Made by a program: the position numbers and the translations under genes
In this document: piece by piece, positions 24,801-35,402 of the stretch
How positions within the stretch are numbered: the first letter of the stretch is position 1
Layout of the letters: each line of letters opens with the position of its first letter
Notes under the pieces: model-generated
Databases searched by the model: none
What the model was told of the DNA's origin: nothing
What the model saw: the letters and a program-made list of their open reading frames with translations, nothing else
Source: Chiloscyllium plagiosum
Lineage: Eukaryota
DNA length: 64,000 nt
NCBI RefSeq assembly: GCF_004010195.1
Contig: NC_057718.1
Location: forward strand, 67,358,588-67,422,587
Reading direction: 5' to 3'

Positions 24801-26092
24801 GAAAGGCAAAGACTGATAGGCAATGTGGCTTTGTGCATGGGAAATCAAGTCTCACAAACTTGATTGAGTTTTTTGAAGAAGTAACAAAGATGATTGATGA
24901 GGGCAGAATGGTGGATGTGATCTTTATGGACTTCTGTAAGGCATTTGACAACGGTCCCCTTGGGAGACTCGTTAGCAAGGTTAGATCACATGGAATACCG
25001 GGAGAACTAGCCATTTGGATACAGAACTGGCTCAAAGGTAGAAGACAGAGGGTGGTAGCAGAGGGTTGTTTTTCAGCCTGGAGGTCTGTGACCAGTGGAG
25101 TGCCACAAGGATCGGTGCTGGGTCCTCGGCTTTTTGTCATTTCTATAAATGATTTGAATGTGAGCATAAGAGGTATAGTTAGTAAGTTTGTAGATGACAC
25201 CAAAATTGGAGGTGCAGTGGACAGTGAAGAAGGTTACCTCTGATTACAATGGGATCTTGATCAGATGGACCAATGAACTGAGGAGTGGCAGATGGAGTTT
25301 AATTTTGATAAATGCATTGTGCTGCATTTTGGGAAAGCAAATCTTAGCAGGACTTATACACTTAACGGTAAGGTCCGAGGGAGTGTTGCTGAACAAAGAG
25401 ACCTTGCAGTGCAGGTTCATAGCTTCTTGAAAGCAGAGTCACAGGTAGACAGGAAATGAAGAAGGCATTTGGTATGTTTTCCTTTATTGGTCAGAGTATT
25501 GAGTATAGGAGTTGGGAGGTCATTTTGTGGCTATACAGGATGTTGTTTCGGCCACTTTTGGAATATTGCATGCAGTTCTGCTCTCCTTCCTATCGGAAGG
25601 ATTTTGTGAAACTTGAAAGGGTTCAAAAAAGATTTCCAAGGATTTTACCAGGGTTGGAATATTTGAGCTATGGGGAAAGGCTGAATAGGCTGGGGCTCCC
25701 TGGAGCATCAGAGGCTGAGGGGTGACCTTATAGAGGTTTATAAAATCAAGAGGGGCATGGATAGGATAAATAAACACAGTCTTTTCCCTGGGGTGGGGGA
25801 GTCCAGAACTAGAGGACATAGGTTTAGGGTGAGAGGGGCAAGATATAAAAGAGACCTAAAGGGCAATTTTTTCACTCAGAGGGTGATATCTTTATGGAAT
25901 GAGCTGCCAGAGGAAGTGGTGGAGGCTGGTACAACTGCAACATCTGAAAAGCATTTGGATAGGTATATGAATAGCAATGGTTTAGAGGGATACGGGATGT
26001 ATGCTGGCAGGTGGGACTAGATAGGGTTGGGATAAATGGACAAGTTGGAACGAAGGGTCTCTTTCCGTGCTGTACATCTTTATGACTCTATA
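21830..26092 (+). mobile_element. Near full-length CR1 LINE (5'UTR, esterase ORF1, EN-RT ORF2), frameshifted
   Basis: GNS..CLPGARI, QYVDVPTREGAKLDLLL..TSDH, KSPGPD, GVPQGSVLGP and KFVDDTK motifs; 3' tail tatgactcta. Confidence 0.95.
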
Positions 26093-28845
26093 ACTTCCAG
26101 CATTGGTTGGTACCTGGGGATTTGATGTTGTAGCCATTTTGGAGACATGGATAGAGCAGGCATAGGAATAGATGTTGCAGGTTCCAGGATTTAGATGCTT
26201 CTGTAAGAATAGACAAGATGGTAAAAGAGGGGGAGGTGTGGCATTGTTCGTCAAGGACAGTATTACAATGGCAGAAAGCACATTTAAGGACTCACCTACA
26301 GAGATAGTATGGGGGCTGGGGTTAGAAACAGGAAAGGAGAGGTCACCCTGTTGGGAGATTTCTATAGGTCTCTGAATAGTTCCAGAGATGTAGAGGAAAG
26401 GATAGCAAAGATGATTCTGGATAGGAGCGAAAGTAACAGGATCGTTGTTATGGGGTTTAACTTTCCAACTATTGACTGGAAACGCTATAGTTCAAGTACT
26501 TTAGATGGATCAGTTTTTGTCTAATGTGCGCAAGAGGGCTTTCTGACACAATATGTAGACAGGACAACAAGGGGTGAGGCCATATTGGATTTGGTACTGG
26601 ATAATGAACCCAGCCAGGTGTTAGATTATGGAGGTAAATGAGCACTTTAGATAGTGACCACAATTCGGTTACGTTTACTTTAGTGATGGAAAGGGATAGG
26701 TATACACCACAGGGCAAGAGTTATAGATGGGGGAAAGGCAATTATGATGGAATTAGGCAAGATTTAGGAAGCATAGAATGCATGGGATGGGGAAGGAAAC
26801 TGCAGGGGATGGGCACAATTGAAATGTGGAGCTACTGCATGTCTTTGATAAGTATGTATCTGTCAGGCAGGGAGGAAGTGGTCGAGTGAGGGAGCCATAG
26901 TTTACTAAGGAAGTTAAATCTCTTGTCAAGAGGAAGAAGACAGCTTATGTTAGAATGAGACGTAAAGGCTCAGTTTGGGTGCATGAGAGTTACAAGCAAG
27001 TCAGGACAGATCTAAAGAGAGAGCTAAGAAGAGCCAGGAGGGGTCTTGAGAAGTCATTGGCAGATAGCTTTAGGGTTTTCCTGATCCTTTCTATAGGTAT
27101 ATCAGGAATAAAAGAATGACCAGAGTAAGATTAGGGCCAATCAAGGATAGTAGTGAGAAACTGTGCTTGGAGTCCAAGGAGATAGGGAAAGTGCTAAATG
27201 AATATTTTTTGTCAGTGTTCACGCTGGAAAAAGGAGAATACTGAGATACAGGCTACTGGACTAGACAGAATTGAGATTCACAAGGAGGATGTTTTAGCAA
27301 TTCTGGAAAATTTGAAAATAGATAAGTCCCTTGGACCAGATGGGATTTATCTTAGAATTCTCTGGGAAGCCAGAAAAGAGATTGCAGAGCCTTTGGCTTT
27401 GATCTTTATGTTGTCATTGTCTACAGGAATAGTGCCAGAAGACTGGAGGATAGCAAATGTTGTCCCCTTGTTCAAGAAGGGGAGTAGAGACAACCCTGGT
27501 AATTATAGACCAGTGAGCCTTACTTCATTTGTGGGTAAAATGTTGGAACGGATTGTAAGAGATGGGATTTATAATTACCTAGAAAGAAATAATTTGATTA
27601 GGTATAGTCAACATGGTTTTGTGAAGGGTAGATTGTACCTCACAAACCTTTGAGTTCTTTGAGATGGTGACCAAACGGGTGGATGAGGGTAAAGCAGTTG
27701 ATGTGGTGTATATGGATTTCAGTAAGGTATTTGATAAGATTCCCCATGGTAGGCTATTGCACAAAATACAGAGGCATGAGATTGAGGGTGATTTAGCAGT
27801 TTGGATCAGAAATTGGCTAGCAGAAAGAAGTCAGAGGGTGGTGGTTGATGGGAAATGTTCATCCTGGAGCTCAGTTACTAGTAGTCTACTTCAAGGATCT
27901 GTTTTGGGGCCATTGCTGTTTGATATATTTATAAATGACCTGAATGTGGATTAGAAGGATGGGTTAGTAAATTTGCAGATGACCCTAAGGTCGGTGGAGT
28001 TGTGGTTAGTACTGAAGGTTACAGAGAGACGTAGATGAGCTGTAGAGCTGGGCTGAGAGGTGGCAAATGGAGTTTAATGCGGAAAAGTGTGAGCTGATTT
28101 ACTTTGGAAGGAACAACAGGAATAAAGAGTACTGAGCTAATGGTAAGATTCTTGGTAGTGTAGATGAGCAGAGAGATCTCGGTGTCTATACATAGATCCT
28201 TGAAAGTTGCCACCCAGGTTGATAGGGTTTTAAGAAGCCATACGGTGTGTTAGCTTTGGTAGGGGGATTGATTTGAGTTTTGGAGCAATGAGGTCTTGCT
28301 GCAGTGTACAAAACTCTGATCCAGCCCCACTTGGAGTATTGCGTACAGTTCTGGTCACCGCATTATAGGAAGAATGTGGAAGCTTTGGAAAGGGTTCAGA
28401 GGAGATTTACTAGGATGTTGCCTGGTATGGAGGGAAGATCTTATGAGGAAAGGTTGAGGGACTGGAGGCTGTTTTCATTCGAGAGAACAAGGTTGAGAGG
28501 TGTCTTAATTGAGACATACAAGATAATCAGAGTGTTAGATAGGGTGAACTGTGAGAGCCTTTTCTCTCAGTTGGTGATGGCTAGCATGAGGGGACATAGC
28601 TTTAAATTGAGGGGTGATAGATATAGGACAGATGTCAAAGGTTGTTTCTTTACTCAGAGTAGTAGGCGTGTGGAATGCACTGCCTGCAACAGTAGTAGAC
28701 TTGCCAACTTTAAGAGCATTTAAATGGTCATTGGATAAACATATGGATGAAAATGGAATAGTCTAGGTTAGATGGGCTTCAGATTGGTTCCACAGAACGG
28801 TGCAATTTCGAGGGCTGTATGGCGCTATAATGTTCTATGTGCTAT
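26093..28845 (+). mobile_element. CR1 LINE ORF2 (EN-RT) to 3' end
   Basis: RGGGVALFVK, PEDWRIANVVPLFKKG, QGSVLGP and HLEYCVQFWSP motifs; tail ttctatgtgctat. Confidence 0.95.
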
Positions 28846-29574
28846 ATGTCTGATTATGCAACCTACAAAATCAATTCTTATCATAAGCTACATTATATGG
28901 AAGCAGCTGGTGAGCCCAGAGCAGGACCCTAGCAAACAGTATCGATGAGGCTGGTGAGCCTGGAGCTGGACTTTGGCTGCTGCATCAAGGAGGCAGCTGG
29001 TGGAGGAGTGAGCATGGGACCAAGTTTTGGCTGCTACAATGGCAGAGGTAACATCCATGAAGTAGGCCCAATGACAAAAGATGGCACCTGAGGAACAGCG
29101 ACTTCAACATTGGTTGGGATGAGCACCGATAGCAGTGAAGTGGTGACAGACTGTCTTTCAGCTATTTTTTAAATTATTCCTAAACTATTCAATGGCTCCA
29201 GAATCATATCGACAGAAGTTTTTCACTGGAAAATATTTGTGACAGTAAAAATCATTCATTTACAAACAGAAGCCAGCTTACAGCAAATGAAGAAGATTGA
29301 AGAAGAAAATTCTGATGAAGAGAATTGTGTGATAATATTGAGTGACAACAACCAGCAGCAAAACAACCGAGTTGCCAGCCAAGCAATGTAAACTCAATTC
29401 AACAAGGAACAACACATTTCTCTCCAGGCAGGTATATGATCACCAGATCAGGATGAGTGTTGTCAGATCTCCAAAACCTTACCTTGAAGTTTAAGCCTTG
29501 TATTTAGTTAAAGTTTCTTTAATTATTGAACTAAAAATACATGCCTAAGTGCAACTGTGTATATCTGTTTGGGA

Positions 29575-30502
29575 ACAAAAACAGAAATTGCAGGAAAAGT
29601 TCGGCAGGTTTGACAATATCTGTGGACAGAAATCAGAATTAACATTTCAGGTTCAGTGACCATTCCTCAGAATTGATGGGAACTAGGAAAAAGTTGTTTT
29701 TTATGCAAAAGATAGGGTAAGGGAGAGGTTAAGGAGTAGACAATAAGTGAGATAGAGCCCAAAGACAGAACGGTTGGACAAAGGAGTGGACACGATCAGC
29801 CTAGGAGAATCAAAAGCTATTAGTGGACAATTAGTGGCTCGTGATGGGTGGTATGTAATAGCAGACCATGTGAGAATAAGGCCTGGTGTGTGGGGGTTGG
29901 GACAAAGATATGGGAGAAGGTGCCTCAAGCCCTAAAATTGTTGAATTCAATCTGGAGTCCAGAAGGCTGTAGAGTTCTCAAGCAGAAAATGAGGTGCTGT
30001 TCTTTTGGCTTGAGCTAAGCTGCACTGAAGCATTACAGCAAACCTGAGACAGAGCTGCTGGCTAGGGAACACAATAATGTTCACTTCAATACACCACTGT
30101 GTGGCACCTTCTTCCATGTCCTTACCCCAGCCCTCACACATTAAACCTTGTCATCACACAATCCACTATTACACACCACCCATTGTTAGCCACTGTTAGT
30201 CCATTAATAGCTATTAATTCTTCCAGGCTGATTGTTATCCACTCCTTTGTCTGTCCAACTGTTCTCTCTCTTTGGACTTTTGTTTTCATCAATCATTTGC
30301 TCCTTAACCCCTCCCTATACTCTATCTTCTGCATAAAAAATGACTTTTTCCTAGCTGCCATCAATTCTGAGGAAGGGTCATTGCACACAAACATTAACTC
30401 TGATTTCTCTCCATAGATGCTACCAGACCTGCTGAGCCTTTCCTGCAATTTCTGTTTTTGTTCCTGGTTTCCACATGTTCCACAGTTCTTTCGGTTTTCA
30501 CA
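29575..30502. mobile_element. Penelope-like element (inverted halves) inserted in the GREB1-like coding sequence
   Basis: The two halves are inverted copies; 9-bp TSD tgtttggga at 29566-29574 and 30503-30511. Confidence 0.85.
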
Positions 30503-30589
30503 TGTTTGGGATAGGTTTTCATCTTTGGTAAAATAAGACATGTTATTGTCAGTATAGTTTCATGGTCATAAAAGGTATACCTTTAGGAG

Positions 30590-30808
30590 CTGAAAATGTG
30601 TTGCTGGAAAAGCGCAGCAGGTCAGGCAGCATCCAAGGAGCAGGAGAATCGGCGTTTCGGGCATGAGCCCTTCTTCAGGAATCCTGAAGAAGGGCTCATG
30701 CCTGAAACGTCGATTCTCCTGCTCCTTGGATGCTGCCTGACCTGCTGCGCTTTTCCAGCAACACATTTTCAGCTCTGATCTCCAGCATCTGCAGTCCTCA
30801 CTTTCTCC
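30590..30808. mobile_element. Near-perfect palindromic Penelope mini-element with hammerhead cores on both strands
   Basis: Dyad centre aggaatcct at 30677-30685; TSD tatacctttaggag at 30576-30589 and 30809-30822. Confidence 0.9.
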
Positions 30809-31511
30809 TATACCTTTAGGAGGCACAGTACCCTAGTCTGCCTTTAAGAGATACGCTCATGGCATCACTGTGTCACAGCATGTGGATATAAGGATCATAT
30901 ACTCTATTCTAATTTGAATCATTTGAAGCACAACACTATTGCATGCTGTTTTTGTTGTAACCGATGGTTTAATATTTGTCCACACAATTTGGGGACTGAG
31001 AAATGTAATCTTTGTACCTCATGACTAGCTTTAATAAACATGCATTGGATTCTTCAATATCCATGCCTTTTTTGTGTTACAGGAGATAATGTTCCTGCAC
31101 TAGGTAAAATACCCTGCTGGAGGCAATCCCACATCATTTGCAGAATTGCAAGAGAATTGAATGAGCAATGAAGTTCACCTTGAATGAGATATACATGGTG
31201 TGAAGGTTTTTTTTTAATGTTCCTTGGCTTGTATATATAGTTTGTAATATATGGATACTCCTCAATACACTCCTAAGATGCAAATACTTCTGTGATCCAC
31301 CCATTCCTTTCAAATAATAAAATAGAGACATGTGCTCCAAGGGATACTTACAACTCCTTTGAAAGCAGCATACAATAACTTTTCCTAGGGAAAACAGGAT
31401 CAAATAACAGATTCAATATAATTTTAAGAAACTGTCAGTAAGATTCCCAATAAATGTTTGTTTTTCAATACCAAGAACAAATTTGAACAACAGCAACATC
31501 AAATAATGCCT

Positions 31512-31657
31512 TTAAAAAAACAAAGAACAGCAGATGCTGAATATCAATCAAAAACAGAAATTGCTGGAAAAGCTTAGTAGGTCTGGCAGTATCTGTGAAG
31601 AGAAAACAGGGTCAATGCTTTGGGTCCAGTGACCCTTCTTCAAATGAGACTCTTCTC
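31512..31657. mobile_element. Penelope terminus fragment
   Basis: 12-bp TSD caaataatgcct at 31500-31511 and 31658-31669. Confidence 0.8.
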
Positions 31658-31855
31658 CAAATAATGCCTACCTACATTAGATCATCTGCAGAAAAAGCTA
31701 GGTGCTCCAAAAACATTATGGGATTAGCATCTAATTAACATTAAATTCAATTTTAGAACTTCTAGTGCAAAGCTAGTTTGAAAGCTTAAGTGCTCCAGGT
31801 ACTTCCAGTTCCTATTATGATGTAGACTGACATTTGAAAGATCACACCATGCAAA

Positions 31856-32870
31856 ATCATAACAGAATCAAGCTATTTAGTCCCTTGAGCCTGTTCCACT
31901 TTCAATAAAAGAGTGGCTGATCTGTTTGTGTTTGGAATTTCTCATCCCATCTACCCCAATAACCTATGGTTCCCTTGCCTAAGAAGAATCTATCTACCTC
32001 TGCCTTAACATATTCAATGAATGTATCCATCACCTTCTGAGGCAGAGAATTCCAAAGTCAGACAACTAAGAGACAAACATTCGCTTCATTTCTGTCTTAA
32101 CAAGGTGATCACTAATTTTAGGACAGTGCTCCCTAATTCTGGACTCACCCAGAAGACACAATATCCTTTCCATATCCATCTTGTCAAGAACATCCAGAAC
32201 CTTATCCACTTTAATCAAGTCGCCCACTTACTTTTCTAAACACCAGTGGAAACAAGCCCAGCCTGTCTGACCTACCCTCATAAGGTAGTCCACTCATTCC
32301 AGCTACCAATTAAAAAAATTCTGATCCATCAACATAATTACATGTTTCCTTAAATAAGAAGACCAAAACTACACACAGTATTCAAGACGTGATCTCACCA
32401 ATGCATTGTGAAACTGAAGCTTAACTTTATGTTCAGTTCCGCTTACAATAAAATATACATCCCATTCATTTTCTTGATAATGTGTTGTACCTGCATTCTA
32501 CCTTTTTGTGTCTGAAACATTAGAACACCTAGATCTTTACCTCAGAATTCCACTGTTGTTCTGTTTAAGAAATATTCTACTTCTAATTCTTCACATCAAT
32601 GTGAAGAAGTTTGCATTTTCCAGCATTATGCTCATCTGACAGATGTCAAGATTGTCACATCCTGACTATCAGACATAGACCTAAGCATGTGAATTGCCTG
32701 TTTTCTACCAGCCAGCCAATCTTCTATCATGCTATTATGTTACTCCATGCACCATGAGCTTTTATGTTCCAGTTTAACCTTCAATGTAGTGCCTTATCAA
32801 ATACATTCTGGAAGAACAAGACAAGTATGTCTACAGGCTCCCTTTATCTGCTGCAATAATATATTTTCCA
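31856..32870 (-). mobile_element. Old CR1 LINE 3' fragment
   Basis: Antisense CR1 tail and ORF2 C-terminal sequence (gaccaaaactacacacagtattc). Confidence 0.75.
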
Positions 32871-32889
32871 ACAGTAATTTCTATAGTAT

Positions 32890-35402
32890 CAGACTTGGAA
32901 TAAGTCATATTTTTATTGGAATGTGTTTAATCAAAAAAAAATTCTTTCCAAATCTTTTGTCTCATCTATAAGAGTCATTGAGATGTACAGCATGGAAACA
33001 GATCCTTCAGTCCAACTCATCCATGCCGACCAGATATCCTAACCTAATCTGGTCCCATTTGCCAGCACTTGGTCCACATCCCTCTAAACCCTTTCTATTC
33101 ATATACCAATCCAGATGCCTTTTAAATGCTGTAATTGTACCAGCCTCCACCATTTCCTTGGGCAGTTCATTCCATACATGCACCATCCTCTGCCCCTTTG
33201 ATCCCTTTTAAATTTTTCCCCTCTCACCCTAAACCTATACCTTCTAATTCTGGACTCCTGCACCTCCGGGAAAAGACTTGTCTATTCTATTTACCCTATC
33301 CATGCCCCTCGTAATTTTATAAACCTCTATAAGGTCACCCCCTCAGCTTCTGATGTTCCAGGGAAAACAGCCCCAGCCTATTCATCCTCTCCTTATAGCT
33401 CAAATCCTCCAACAACTGCAACATCCTTGTAAATCTTTTCTGAACCCTTTCAAGTTTCACAACATTCAAAAAGTGGCCTCACCAATGTTCTGTACAGCCA
33501 CAATATGACATTCCAATTCCTATACTCAGTACTCTGATCAATAAAGGATGGTTTACCAAATGCCTACTTCACTATCCTATCTACCTGAGACTCCACTTTC
33601 AAGCAACTATGAACCTGAACTGTGAGGTCTCTTTGTTCAGCAACACTCCCAGGACCTTCCAGTTAGTGTATAAGTCCTGTTCTGATTTGCTTTTTGTCTG
33701 TATGTTCTCCAGCTTCCTCTTTCAAAATGGCCAAATTACACCTCCATCTAACCGTTGAGTCTGGCAAGATGGATGGGACGTCATTGAACAGTATAACGTT
33801 ATGTTCTGGTAGGTTTGCTGAGTCGTTGGTGGTACACCTTGGCAAAACACTGTATAGGGAACTTGGTCACCTGATCAGGCCTGCAGATGTTGCTGTTATC
33901 CCAAATGTAAAAAAGCAACAGCTGGGATCACAAAACCTCAGCGGTCAATTGACGCAAGAACCAGACAGAGCTTTTTGAGAAAAAAAAGATCATTTGTTTC
34001 CCTCAAAAGATTAAATCAAACAAACCTATCCAACTACTTTAAGCTTTGTACACCGTTGGAAGGGATAGGCTTGAATCAGCAAATGGTCTTTTTAGCTGAG
34101 AAATTGTTTGCTGCCACAGAGGTGACAAAATGCTAAACTTTTCATAAAGTTTTATCTTCTTTTGTCAATGGAGGCAATAATGACTTCCAAATAATTGGAT
34201 AATCAACTCTTAAACAGTCAAGTAATGTCATCTGACTATATTAAAAATTGTTATGCTGAGATCATAAAATAGTAATTTGTATCTACTAAGCGTCTCAGCT
34301 TTCTTACATTCTAAACTCTTAGAGCTAAAGGGCGAGGGACTGTGGCCTCATCAGCTGTTTATATTGCAGTCTTCCTTTTTACCATTGTCTCGGAGATGAA
34401 TGAGTAGAAGTAGTCTTCACAAAGCTTTGGTATTAATTTGTGTTTTTTTTCACAATTTGCAATAGTATGTTTGATTTTTGCAGTTTTTCGTTTTAGATGC
34501 CTTTTAACTAATGTGTTCATGTGTTCATACTTTTCTTTGCATTTCACAAGTTGGTGTGAATACTTATAAATAAAAATTGGTATGCAGACAAGAAACAGAA
34601 TTAGGGCAAAGGTATCAGTAAATAGATTCAACCCTTTTGAAGAAGGGTTGAAATGGTATGCCTCGGACAAATGCAGGCTTCACTTCACAGAATACGCAGC
34701 CAGTTTGTAATGAGCACAATCTTAAAAAGTAGGAAGGTTGGCAAACAGCCAGCAAGGCTTCAACAGGCTTTAGGGAGCTGCAGATAAGTTGGCAGAATAG
34801 GTGATTGGAATGTGCAATTACATGCGTACAAATGTGAAGTAATAAATTTTGGGAAGGAAAAGAAGAAGTAGTCAAAGATACATGCAAAGAATGGGAGCAC
34901 AGACTCATTGGAATGGTGTTGAGGTATGTACATGAGCAGAAATCCGAAGGGTTTAAATACATTGACCATAAAACCTCCTCCTCCCACAGCTGTACAGATG
35001 CCTAATGCAACATTCCAGGAGCCCAAGCACCACCAGCACCTTCTGATGTGATCTGGTAAAATAGCAGTCCCAGAAGTGTAACATTACCCTGACATTACAT
35101 ACTCTAATGGACTATTGCTAAGCAAGGAATCTTAATTTGAACAAAGCTGGCCCTTGCAATAAATCTGGTTGTTAACTCTGAAAAATTAAAATCTCTATTC
35201 CAAGATTATTTAAAAGGCCAGTTAGCAAATTGCAGCTTACGTGTTTTTGACTTTTTTTTCTGGTGGAAGCACGGTGAGGAGGGAGGAGTACAATGGCTCT
35301 CCACGGGTGGCCTTAAACATAAATTTTTCAGGAGCTAGTCCTCAAATGATATAGAAGAAATGCCTTCGCTGGCTACCATTCAGCAAAGTGATATTGATGA
35401 AG
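32890..35402 (+). pseudogene. GREB1-like central segment 2 (helicase-like region; CR1 inserts at 32972-33693 and 34770-34960)
   Basis: LLEC..PNL|VCMFSSFLFQNGQITPPSNR*VW (LLNC..PNIVTLHVTSFPYALQTQHTLISPYNEIHW), PDRAF*E (YDSSFE), KGRGTV (CGHGLM), IAVFLFTIVSEMNE*K*SSQSFGINL (LAVVAYERLAHVRARLALEEHFEIIL), SYFSLHFTSW (KHFVKQLRMW) and CRLH..KVGRLA (LRLI..ELGLAA). Confidence 0.7.
32972..33693 (-). mobile_element. CR1 LINE 3' fragment
   Basis: gagtcattgagatgtacagcatggaaacaga tail; same family as 21830-26092. Confidence 0.9.

Larger units (their letters stand above)
29270..31855 (+). pseudogene. GREB1-like central segment 1 (split by three Penelope insertions)
   Basis: After removing TSD-bounded inserts: TCLSATVYICLG*VFIFGKIRHVIVS (ICKAKPVIFKGHGNFPYLCGNLNDVVVS), NMHWILQYPCLFCVTGDNVP (EMQLLLTVYYLVQLAADQVP, ungapped), WRQSH at 31118 (WRESH), VPWL at 31219 (LPWL), LFLGKTGSNNRFNII at 31379 (LVEGKLAKTNYVVII) and QYQEQI (KYQARI). 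Confidence 0.8.

Noticed and set aside
30566..30826. Overlapping near-identical ORFs on both strands
   Set aside because: They are an artefact of the palindromic Penelope mini-element.
30967..31082. Short intron ending tgtgttacag before GDNVP
   Set aside because: The sequence before the AG aligns ungapped to GREB1, so it is coding rather than intronic.
31352..31384. Minus-strand 33-nt micro-exon (ttccctag...gtaagt; EKLLYAAFKGV)
   Set aside because: It lies antisense to a good + strand GREB1 match (LFLGKTGSNNRFNII) and has no partner exons forming a recognisable protein.
33713..33808. 96-nt + strand exon read as ...SGKMDGTSLNSITLCSG, resembling GREB1 TGKVD..TLC
   Set aside because: The alternative frame (FLFQNGQITPPSNR*VW) fits collinearity better and continues on both sides; part of the pyrimidine tract comes from a CR1 end.
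34359..34670. 103-aa minus-strand ORF with an exon-like appearance
   Set aside because: It is the antisense shadow of the GREB1-like core on the + strand, and I recognised no family.
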